Origin: Zygnema circumcarinatum SAG 698-1b
Lineage: Eukaryota; Plantae; Zygnematophyceae
Assembly: GCA_037447605.1 (NCBI GenBank)
Contig: CM074819.1
Location: 1,386,297-1,450,296 of the forward strand
Direction: 5' to 3'
Length of the DNA stretch: 64,000 nucleotides
Part shown: in pieces, positions 30,464-48,592 of the stretch
Layout: each line of letters starts with the position of its first letter
How positions within the stretch are numbered: the first letter of the stretch is position 1
The notes under the pieces: model-generated
Told to the model about the DNA's origin: nothing
Seen by the model: only the letters and a program-made list of their open reading frames with translations
Database searches by the model: none
Made by a program: the position numbers and the translations under genes

Positions 30464-30560
30464 CTGCACGGCTGAAACTAACCCGCTTCCGTTTGGAAGG
30501 GTTCAGGAGCTGCACGGCTGAAACTAACCCGCTTCCGTTTGGAAGGGTTCAGGAGCTGCA
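30464..30560. repeat. 46-bp perfect tandem duplication
   Basis: ctgcacggctgaaactaacccgcttccgtttggaagggttcaggag twice. Confidence 0.9.
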
Positions 30561-31759
30561 GGTCAAATTTCAATTTTGCAGGGTTCAGGTTTGATTCTCT
30601 CAGGGAAGCTGCCACAAGTTCCACGGAGACAAGAGCCCACACAGACTCAAACGCAAGTGCAATTGTTTGATGTTGTTGATAGTTTAGAAATTTCAGGCTT
30701 TTCAAGGGGGTTCTTTAGGGTTTCCTAATGGTTCCAGAGGGTGCATCAATGGCCTCCATAGCTCTACTTCCGAAGTGCAGTGAGACTTGCATGTTGCTCA
30801 TGGTCTAGAATTTAGGGGTTCGCATGAAAGGGCAAGGTGATCAAGGTTTTCATTCAGCGAACCCTCCGCATTCAACGAGCCCTTCCATATGGCTCCTCCC
30901 CTCCCATACAACAAATGGTCAGAGCGAAACACGTCGGAGCTGTCATCTTCATTGAAACTTGAAACCGCCAATAGACTGAACAGGGCTGCGCAGACAATCT
31001 ATATTGACTGACCCCTTCTTGTAACCAAGCAAACCGCCACCCACTGAAGCCTCCATCCCATAGCCGGACTCTGGCTAACGGGAGGAGGCTATTACATTTC
31101 TGCCTATCCTCTACCAAACTGATTTTATGAAGGTACTACCTGACTTTATGAAGGTGGCTCCTGCCTTTATCTAGCTACTTTCTCACTGAATGTAAGATTC
31201 CTTTGGTACACTGGGGTGGGCATAGAGCGAGGAGTTCTTTCCACTGACCCAATAGTGCTACAATACCTACCGCTATGCTACCAATAGAGTTCTGATTTGC
31301 TTCAAGATCACCTCTCCCTGTCTGCTCTCCCCCTCTCTCTCTCTCTCTCCCTCTCCTGCCTACATGAAAGCCAAACAGACAAAAAAGTCACCCTTTCTTT
31401 CTCCGTAAACGACATCCTATAGAGAAGGCAGGCAGACTAGTCTACAGGTGCTTCTAGAAGCAAAGCAATGCACTACGGGTGAGCAAGCAGCCCGCCGAGC
31501 TCTGGTTTCCTTTTTTTTTTATATATAACCCATACATTTATATAGATATAGAATACAAACGTGCTACAGATACCGCACGTTCTATTTATATTTCTAAAAT
31601 AAACCGTAATAATGGATGTAATTGCTCTAAACCCAAATGCCAGGTCTTCCATGCTCACCAAGGAAGAAGTCAACCCTTTGGTCGCCAAAGATTTCCTGAA
31701 GCCAAGCTGAATAGGCGCCACATATTTTCCATAGTTGGAGGAAGCAACGTCGAAAAGCT

Positions 31760-39066
<7,307 letters not shown>

Positions 39067-40664
39067 CTACCTCTCCCTCTCTCCCTGCCTCTTTCCCGCT
39101 CTCTGGGGCGCTCTCTCGCAGGCCCATTGCGGCCGGGCTCTATATAGTCGATACAGGGAGGAGAGGCGGCGAGGGAGGGAGGGAGAGGGAGGGGGACGGC
39201 GGGAGGGAGGGGAAGAGAGGGGACGGCGGGTACGGGCTCACCGACACCACGTGGCGGCCGCTCAGAGGCTGCCGGAAAGCGCCCTGCCTTTGCCATTCCG
39301 TACAGAAGGGCCGAATGCAGGTGGCGCTGACGTACGGTTTCATACGGCACCGTACATGTCGGTGACAAGATTGGGAGGACCCGTACAAGACAGTCGTACG
39401 GACGTGTCACTTTCGGAGTCGGCCGGTCTGACAGATCTGGCGGCAGAGCGCGCCGCGGGTTTGTAATTTGCAGAGGAGGAAAAGCTTTTCGGGCGGGTCT
39501 GGGCCAATAGGAGGCGAATATTGGAAAGTTTTGGGTCGAGAGAAGGAACTTTTTGCTGCCCGGAGTCTAAATCGGGATGGCCGACTGAAGGCAACCGCCG
39601 GGACCGGTCGGCGACAGACGGTAGCGGTCGGCGGGTGTCGGGAATCAGAGTTTTTTTTGGAAAATTGAAAATTTGGTAACGTAATTGAACGTTTATTTAC
39701 ATACCTGGTCTACATTGGGTCTACTTTTATGGTGGCCGGAATAGTCGGGCAGAGGAATTTATTTTCAAATTGTTATTTTGAGATATTTAAGTGAATTGTA
39801 TTCACAAGTGTGTTCCGGACTCGGCCTGCGTTTATGGTGGCCGGAATATACGGGCAGAGGGCAGAATCCGGCGAAAATGAAAAAAATAATTGCAGTGGAC
39901 GTTTGAGGCGCACTCGGGCAGGAGAAAGAAACAGGGTCAGTTCAAATATTGTACGGTCACCGACATTTTGGACAAACGCTGCCCCGCGCGCCGTGGGATT
40001 GGGTCGTGTCATAAAAACACTACAGTACAAACAAGTACGACATTGTACAAAAATTTTGTCGCTTTGCCGAAGTGGGTAATCTTGGACGTTCAGCCGAATC
40101 TAACTTTCGCCCGATAGTGACGGCTTACCGTACGAAATCCCACAAAAGGACAAATAAACGTTGGACATTTCGTATCTTTTTCTGCGCTTCAGAAGGTCGA
40201 CAAATCATTTCGCGGATTTTAAATTTCTTTTTTGTTTCTTTCAGAAATTCAAAATCCGGACTTCAACGGTTACGGTACGGTACTTTCCGTTGGGAGTCTC
40301 GTTTTACGGTTTAACGGAACTGCCCGGAACTGGGGACTTTAGGAAACTTTCAAACCAGACCGTGGCTTCGGGCAGGTAAAAATATTACTTTTGGGGTTTT
40401 GGGTGACGGCATCCTCCAAAACCCTGCGCATCACCCAAGGAGGGCTCGCCATGTGGACAAATTGGCACATGTGATTGGCTATGAATGGCCAATACTTAAT
40501 CGCGCGGTACTCTCAATGGAGCTCCGCAGTCAACCCAAAACCCTAAACCCTCCAATACCTACTTGGTTGTTGTATACGGTGGAAGGGCAATCAGGTATTG
40601 GGTTCACATAGACTCCGCAAATCCCAATAGACCATGAGATGACCAAGTTGCATGTTTGCCAATA

Positions 40665-40799
40665 GGGGGTGTCAGACTTACAAGTTGTTCGTAAGTTTGA
40701 GAGTTCAGAACGAGTACTCCGGTGACGACGCGGTTTTGCTGCGGCGGAGTACTTCCGAAACTTCCTCGTTCGTAGAATTTCGTTAAGTCTGACACCCCC
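40665..40799. mobile_element. Small MITE (135 bp) with TA flanks
   Basis: Perfect inverted repeat AATAGGGGGTGTCAGACTTA (40661-40680) / TAAGTCTGACACCCCCTATT (40784-40803). Inner gagtactcc/ggagtac inversion. Confidence 0.7.
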
Positions 40800-41497
40800 T
40801 ATTAAACATCACTTGTACCGCAAGTTGGCAACGGAGGCCACGTCCGGTTCAGCCTCATCCAATACAAAGATGCCACGTATAGAACGGGCAGACGACATCC
40901 AACATGCGGCAACTTGATGTGACCTTGCGACTGCATGAACAATGCGGCTATTTTGCCGCTCTTCCAGAGGCCCACGTCCCGCTTCGACGCTCTTGCAAAA
41001 GTGCCAAACGACGCCGAATTTGTTTTGTTCGGACCCATCCATCCAACCATGTGCGGCGCTTCATTATGAACTTGTGAACATCTTTTTTCCAACTGCCCGA
41101 CGCTCTCAATTCACAAACAAATTTTTGCTCGCGTGTTCTGTGTCACAACAAACGACTGCAACGTAACTGGAACTAAAACAGTGGATGTCAAACAGACGTT
41201 CATAAAAATTCAAACAAAATCCCCAAACCATGGTCCGCCTCGTACGTCTGACTTTTCTCCGTACGGACACAGCCGATCGCCGCGCCGCCCTCTCACTCTC
41301 AATTATAGCGGTCAAGATCGCGCTGGAGATCTCGCCCGCGGCCGCCCTGGACGGCGCATTCACTGCCACATGGCACGGCATATGGCGCCGGATCGGCAAG
41401 CGGACGCGCGTGCCGCCTTATACGACGAGGGCCAGATTCGCCGGAACCGGATTTTAGATCCGGTAACGGATCCGACAGCTGCGGTGGCCCAGCGCGC

Positions 41498-42300
41498 ATG
41501 GATGGATGGATGGATGGATGGATGGATGGATGGATGGATGGATGGATGGATGGATGGATGGATGGATGGATGGATGGATGGATGGATGGATGGTTGGATG
41601 GATGGATGGATGGATGGATGGATGGATGGATGGATGGATGGATGGATGGATGGATGGATGGATGGATGGATGGATGGATGGATGGATGGATGGATGGATG
41701 GATGGATGAATGGATGGATGGATGGATGGATGGATGGATGGATGGATGGATGGATGGAGGATGGATGGGGATGGATGGATGGATGGATGGATGGATGGAT
41801 GGATGGATGGATGGATGGATGGATGGATGGATGGATGGATGGATGGATGGATGGATGGATGATGGATGGATGGATGGATGGATGAATGGATGGATGGATG
41901 GATGGATGGATGGATAGATGGATGGATGGATGGATGGATGGATGGATGGATGGATGGATGGATGGATGGATGGATGGATGGATGGATGGATGGATGGATG
42001 GATGGATGGATGGATGGATGGATGGATGGATGGATGGATGGATGGATGGATGGATGGATGGATGGATGAATGGATGGATGGATGGATGGATGGATGGATG
42101 GATGGATGGATGGATGGATGGATGGATGGATGGATGGATGGAATGGATGGATGGATGGATGGATGAATGGATGGATGGATGGATGGATGGATGGATGGAT
42201 GGATGGATGGATGGATGGATGGATGGATGGATGGATGGATGGATGGATGGATGGATGGATGGATGGATAGATGGATGGATGGATGCCTGGATGGATGCAT
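41498..42300. repeat. (GGAT)n tetranucleotide satellite, about 200 units
   Basis: 800 bp of GGAT with rare point variants (GAAT, AGAT, GGTT). Confidence 0.98.
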
Positions 42301-42509
42301 GGGATTAGGGGGGGCGCGACAGGTGGCGCGGACTGGTGAAAATCTCATAGAATCGTGACACTCGGCTGGAGGGGTGCGGTTCCAGACCGTACAGAGGCGG
42401 TGGATGCAATTGCAGATACGGTACGGCAGGGGAATATTTCTTTTTGCCTTTTTCCTCTGCAGTTCGGTACTGAAAGCTAGAATGCGCAATTTAATGATGG
42501 ATAATTCTA

Positions 42510-42988
42510 CTGCACCCCCCTATTTTGGCTTTCGCACCCCCCTTTTGAAAATTTTGCCTGCCCGTTTTGGTTATCCCCCCTCTTTTGAATATTTCGGAAG
42601 GGAATCTTTTTCCCGCCCCTTCCGTCCACTCCCTTCCCCTTCCCTCCCCTGCCCTGTCCTCCCCGCCCTCCCCTCCCGCCCGCTCCCCTCCCCTCTCCTC
42701 CCTTCCCCTCCTCCCCTGCCCTGCCCTCCCTTGCCCTTCTCCTGCTCTTGTTTTGGACATTCCACCCCCCCGTTCTCTCCTTTTCACTATTGACTTCCAA
42801 CATTGTGCGACAAAAGAAAAGGGGATTTGCATTGTTCTCAAGATGGTGAGGCCATCAAATGAACATGGACGAAGTCAACATGGGAACCACATGAAACTGG
42901 TCGCAAATGAACTGAGCACAAAATAAATAAACTAGGAGCAAAAAACTAAACTAAACTAAGCTTAAGCGCCAAAATAGGGGAGGTGCAG
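42510..42988. mobile_element. MITE with TA target duplication, family copy 2 (TA|CTGCACC...GGTGCAG|TA)
   Basis: Same TIR and subterminal sequence as 7193-7892 in reverse orientation, internally deleted; contains the ~90-bp repeat. Confidence 0.8.
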
Positions 42989-43000
42989 TAGAATTCTCTA

Positions 43001-43587
43001 CAGTAGGACCCCGTCATATTTTCCACCTTCAAAAGTGCGTCCCCAAGAAATTCGCCCCGGTTTTGCCGAAACTACCTTTTTGTACGGTAACTTGTGTTAG
43101 CCGTACTATTCGTACTATTCGTACTAACCGTACTAACCGTACTAGCCGTACTAGCTGTACTAGCCGTCACGGGCTTACGCAAAACTCACCTATTCTCCCC
43201 GCACGCGCCGCCGTAAGAGGCGCTCGCTCCTCTCCACTTCTTCTTGGCTTCGATACGATACGATACGCCACGATACGGTACTATCCGTACTAGCCGTACG
43301 AGCTGTAGTAGCCGTTACGGGCTCGAAGCTTTTTGGTTTGCTGCCTCAGTAAACGCTAAGGCGTGCTTCATGTACTGTATGCGGTTTGCCACGATACGAT
43401 ACGGTACGATGCGGTGCGATATGACAGAAAAAGATACGCTATGATACGATACGATACGTACGGACATACATGAACTCTAACATAATTTTGCTCGCCTATT
43501 GGTAACACGGACCTTATATTTGCCAAATACAATATTTTCGCCCGATTTTTGCCAAATGTAGGTGGAAAATATGACGGGGTCCTACTG
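43001..43587. mobile_element. Pogo/Tc1-mariner-type MITE
   Basis: 28-bp perfect TIR CAGTAGGACCCCGTCATATTTTCCACCT with TA on both sides (42999-43000, 43588-43589). CAGT termini are typical of pogo-like elements. Interior has tandem CCGTACTA and ACGAT repeats. Confidence 0.88.
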
Positions 43588-44332
43588 TAATGATAAGGAA
43601 AAAAGTGGCGACAATTTTTTCCATTTCTGTACGGTACGGTACCGTAGATCGTTTTTAAGATTTGACAAGATTTTGTCGTTTAGCGGTACGGTAGGTGCGC
43701 CACAAACGTCCTGTCAGCGTCGCTGGCAATCAATACCGTACGGTATCGTAGTCCGGTGCTGTACCGGTACGATGCCGACAATTTGAATTCTGACGTCGCC
43801 TGCAAAAGAGAGACCTCCGTATTGTACCGTACCGTACCGGATAAGAACATTCTTACGTTCTACTAAATACTGATCATCTTCCGTTCGACTTTGTTGTCTG
43901 AAAATGGTCCCATCAATATTAACCCCCTAACGCCGTGACGGTGCATCATTGGACCAATCCGATGCTGCCGACCACCTCACGCCCTGCCCCGCTGGCTCCT
44001 CCCCATTGGGCGGATCTTTTAACATCGCGATCTCGCCAGCGCGTCGGCAGGGATCCGCAGACGCTGCCGCCCTGCCGCCCTGGTGGCCACCGGCCGGCCA
44101 AGCGGCCGATGGGCGGTGCAAAGCCGGAAAGTAACGGCGCCGGCGTCTTCTGGCCGTCTTCTGGCCGATGCGTCGGTGAGATCGCGATATATCGGAAACT
44201 ATCTTAAAGCGACAAAGGTGCCGCCCTATCCTCCAAGCCAGCAGGGCACTGCGTCAGGCAGTCGGCGGCATCTGACGCGCCGTGCGTACGGCGGTCCCCT
44301 TTACGAAGGACCGGAGCTGGACCGTGCTTAAT

Positions 44333-44422
44333 GACCAATTCCTCGTGGTTTCCCCATGCTGATTTTGTCCATGTACATGTGATGGCATGCATCATCGCCA
44401 TCGCGAGACCAATGCCACATCC
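44333..44422 (-). repeat. Dispersed ~90-bp repeat copy
   Basis: Close to the 60875-60965 copy. A more degenerate copy follows at about 44572-44635. Confidence 0.75.
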
Positions 44423-45516
44423 TAGTCATACTTAACTAAGATATTTTTTTGAGGAAGTGGCATTGCCAAGTCGATGCCAAGACCCCCACCTTGAAGCTGC
44501 TCCTAGAGCCGTTCTGGAGCCCAGAGACCGAGGTCAGCTCATAGCTTTCGTCCTTAAAACCTTTGTGAGCCGTTCCTCGTGGCTCCCTATCTTGTTGTTC
44601 TCCAAGTGGTGGCATGTAGAGACCAATGCCAATTCATTTCTCTTGTTTATTTTTGTAAGGAGCAATGTACAATGTACAATGTGATCATGCAGAGAGGCCT
44701 GCCAGTGGCGATTTGGGGAACGCATAACACATCACCATATGAATGCTGTACGTTCTTTGATCTATAGTTCGTTGTGTGTTGCACAATACGCGTCTTTTTC
44801 ATGTTCCAGCATCCGCAAATGTCAAGTGTGAACAGGTTCAAGAAAACCTCACTGGATTGTACGGAGTGGTTAGCACCGACCAAAACGGCGACCATGCGTA
44901 ACTTGGCGTTTTCTTGTGTGTACTGTCACGGAACTGACCTCTACAAGGAGCACTACAAACAACGATGCGGTAAAAGAAAAAAATCGGAAATGGCATTCTA
45001 GATATTCAAGATCTATCGAGATACGATATATTTATAGACAATATATCGAGATACAGTATTGTACGATACCGATACCTGCGGCCGCCAGATGGCGCATTGG
45101 TTGTAGGAGGTAGGGTTTGCAGCTTTGCGCCGCAATGCAGGGAGAGGGAAGGGGGGAGTGAAGGGGAGGGAGAGAGAGGAAGGGAGAGAGAGGAGGAGAG
45201 GGAGAGGGAGACGGAGAGGGAGAGGGAGAGGGAGACGGAGAGGGAGAAAGAGAGGGAGACGGAGAGGGAGGGGGAGAGGGAGACGGAGTGGGAGGGGGAG
45301 AGGGAGAGGGAGAGGGAGAGGGAGAGGGAGAGGGAGAGGGGAGGAGAGGAATTACATTACGGGACGGAGAGAGGTTGGCGGATATAGAGGATAAAGAAGA
45401 CACGAGAGGAGAGTAGAAAGGGAGAGTGAAAAAAGAGAAAGGTGAGAGGGTGAGCGAGAGAACGGGAGAGAGGGAGAGAACGAGAGTGCGAAAGAGAGGG
45501 AGAGAGAGAAAGAGAG

Positions 45517-47115
45517 ATGGCGAAAAAGCAGAAGGAGAAAACTCCTACGAAGAGCACTGGGAAGCCCAAGCATTCTCTGGACGAGAGGCAGCGCTCCAAC
45601 GGGAAGGGCGATGGCCATCTTCGGTCGGCTGCAACGGTCCGGCGGCTTCACATGTACAAGACGCGGCCTGTGCGGAACTCGGCCGGGAAGGTGCTCCACA
45701 ACGAGCTGCAGTCGAAGGCGCTGCCGAGCACGCGCATTCAGCCCGACCGGCGCTGGTTTGGTGAGGAATTGACTCTGCGAAGAAGAGGGCTTTTTTTGGG
45801 TTGTCGTAGTCTTCGGTTTTGCGAGGGCTTTATGTTTTTGGGGGTTTGTTGAGGCTTGCAAGTTTGGAGGCTTTTGGAAGCGTTTAAGTTTTTAGGGTAT
45901 TTTAGGTTATGCGTGCATTTGGGTATCAAGGTTTGTATGATTTTAGAATGGGTGAAAGGAGACCATAACCCTAATCCGAGCTCGAACCCAACCCTAGTCT
46001 TACACTCAATCTTGCCCCTAATTACGACTTAACCTTACTCTGAGTCAGATCAGCAAGTTCACATGGGACTCCCAAATGCTCAGTGTTTAAGTCTTTCCGG
46101 GATGAATGCCTCAGGAATAAAGTATTTCCCTTTACTTTTTGAGTTAATTTATCGTGTTTGTCGGTAACTGCTGCAGGGAACACGCGAGTCGTGGGTCAGA
46201 AAGAGTTGGAGAGGTTTCGAGAAGAGATGAGGACAAAGGTCTCTGATTCATATACAGTCGTTCTGAGAGATAAAAAGTTGCCTTTGGCTCTTTTGAATGA
46301 CCGCCAAAAGGTATATACACTCCTCCCTCCCCCATCCTCCCCCTCTCCCTCCCCCGCTCCCTCCCCCTCTCGCTTCTCCTCTCCCTCCCGCTTCCGGCTG
46401 ACTTTTTATCAGGTGTGAGGCTGTTGCTTATAGAAAGTATGACTTCCAGAAGTTTGTTTAGGCAGGATAAGATACAAGATAAGATAAGATGAGACAAGAT
46501 ATGATGAGACAGGTTTGAAACCTGACCTATTTGGGCAGAACTGTAAGTTTTTTCCGAGTTTTGTTGAATGTTTAGATCCTTAAAGGCTTTTAGGATATAG
46601 AGGGCTTTCAGTTTCCTCGGTGTATTTAATTTTCGTTGAGATTTTGGATCATGTAGGGATTTTCTTGCTTTTTAGAGTTTTCAAAGTGCCGAATATTGCT
46701 CGGAAAGTTTGTAAACCATGAAAACAAACATGTTTATTGTACTTTACTTAATCCAAAAGTAGGACTATGTACTCACCTTTTCTGTCACTGTTGTTTTTAC
46801 GTTTCTGTGCAGCAATCCCGTGTGCACTTACTGGAAACTGAAACTTTCAGCGATGCATTTGGCCCTAAAGCGAAACGGAAACGGCCAAAATTGGCAGCAG
46901 ATGACTACGACGCGCTTGCAGAAAAGGTGGCCGCAGTGCAGGGTGAGCCAGAAACGTGCTGTAAACCTTTTTTTTTTTTGCAGTGAAAAAGAATTGCAGT
47001 AATAGAATTTGCCAGTGTGGACCAGCCAGCCGTGCTGAAATGTCACTCTCCTTAATGTCCTCTAACAATAAGAACTTGCAGATGTTGCTCAGTAACCAGT
47101 CCGGGCAAAAAGCTG

Positions 47116-47168
<53 letters not shown>

Positions 47169-48539
47169 CTAAATGAGCTCCGACAAAGGTTTACTAGAGA
47201 GTGTTAAAGTGTGTGGTTGCGCAGAGTCCTTTGAGGAGAAGGCTCCGGAGGCGGAGGTGGGAGAGGGAATGCGGACGGAGGTCCGCCACGCCATGTTCGA
47301 AAAAGGGCAGAGCCGCCGCATCTGGGGGGAGCTGTACAAAGTGGTCGACTCCTCCGACGTGGTGGTGCAGGTGAGAGGGAGGGAGGGAGGGAGAGGGAAG
47401 GGGGAGAGCGGGAGAGAGGGAGAGGTGGGAATGGGGAAGTGGGAAGGAGGGAGGGGGGAAGGAGGAAGAGAGAGGGGGAGGGAGAAAGAGGGGAGATGGG
47501 GAATAGAAGAGGAAGAAAGGGGGGAAGGGGGGACAGGGCGTGGAGAGGTGGGGATAGGAGAAGGGAAGGAAGGGGGAGGGTGAGAAGGAGAATAGGGAGA
47601 GAATAGAGTGGGAGAAGGAGACGGAAGTTAAACCTTATATCCTATAGCTTTACATCATAAAAGCCTGAAAGTGTAACTGTAATCTCCTGGAAACCCTGAA
47701 CCGAAAGCCCTAAACCCTATACCCTAAACCCTAAACCCTATACCCTAAACCCTAAACCCTCTACCTTAAACCCGAAACCCTATACCCTAAACCTTAAATC
47801 CTAAACCCTAATAGCGGGAGCAGGTTCTGGATGCGAGGGACCCGGAGGGCACGCGGTGCCGCCAGCTTGAGCGGCATCTACGTGACAACTGCAGCCACAA
47901 GCACCTCCTGCTCCTTCTCAACAAGGTGAACTGCAAACCCTAAAAAGGAACCTCCATTTGACAGTGAAACGGCAGAGGTAGCTGTAGTTTTAGTGAAGAA
48001 TGTAGGTCGAACTCCCGCTCCCTCTCCCTCTCTCGCTTTCCCTCTCTCGCACTCTCCCTTTCGTACTTGCTCTCTCTCAGTCTCCGCCTCTCCCTCTCCG
48101 TTTCCCTTCCTTGGTCTCTTTCTCGTCGTCTCGCTATTGCTCTCTCGCTCTCCCTCCCTCCCTCTGCCTGTTTCTTTCTTTCCAGCTCAGTCTCTCTTCC
48201 TCTCTCTCTCACTCCCCCTTCTCGTTCGTGCTCCTCTCACCGTCTCTCCCTTTCCCTCTCTCTCTCTCATTTTTCCTTTCCCACTTCATCTCCCCTCTCC
48301 CGCTCCCTCTAACCTTGCTACTCTGATAAACCAGAGATGACTTTAATGACCAAAGGGGCTGAGCCCTCATAGCCTGCAATGCTTCTAAATCTGAAAGACC
48401 GTAAAACCCGGAAACCCTAATCCCTAAATCCAGAAATGCTGAAACCTTGGAATCCCTAAAACCCTGAAACGTTGTCTTTAATACCCTAAACATCTCATCT
48501 CATCTCATCTCATCTCATCTCATCTCATCTCATCTCATC

Positions 48540-48592
<53 letters not shown>

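Noticed and set aside
29986-31120. Several 70-90 aa ORFs between HMG and GH9
   Set aside because: No recognisable motifs or coherent exon chain.
41133-42489. Long ORFs (MDGW/PSIH repeats, up to 396 aa)
   Set aside because: Translations of the (GGAT)n satellite, which lacks stops in several frames.
44774-45001. 75-aa ORF with CxxC..H
   Set aside because: Too short and no complete zinc-finger or transposase pattern.
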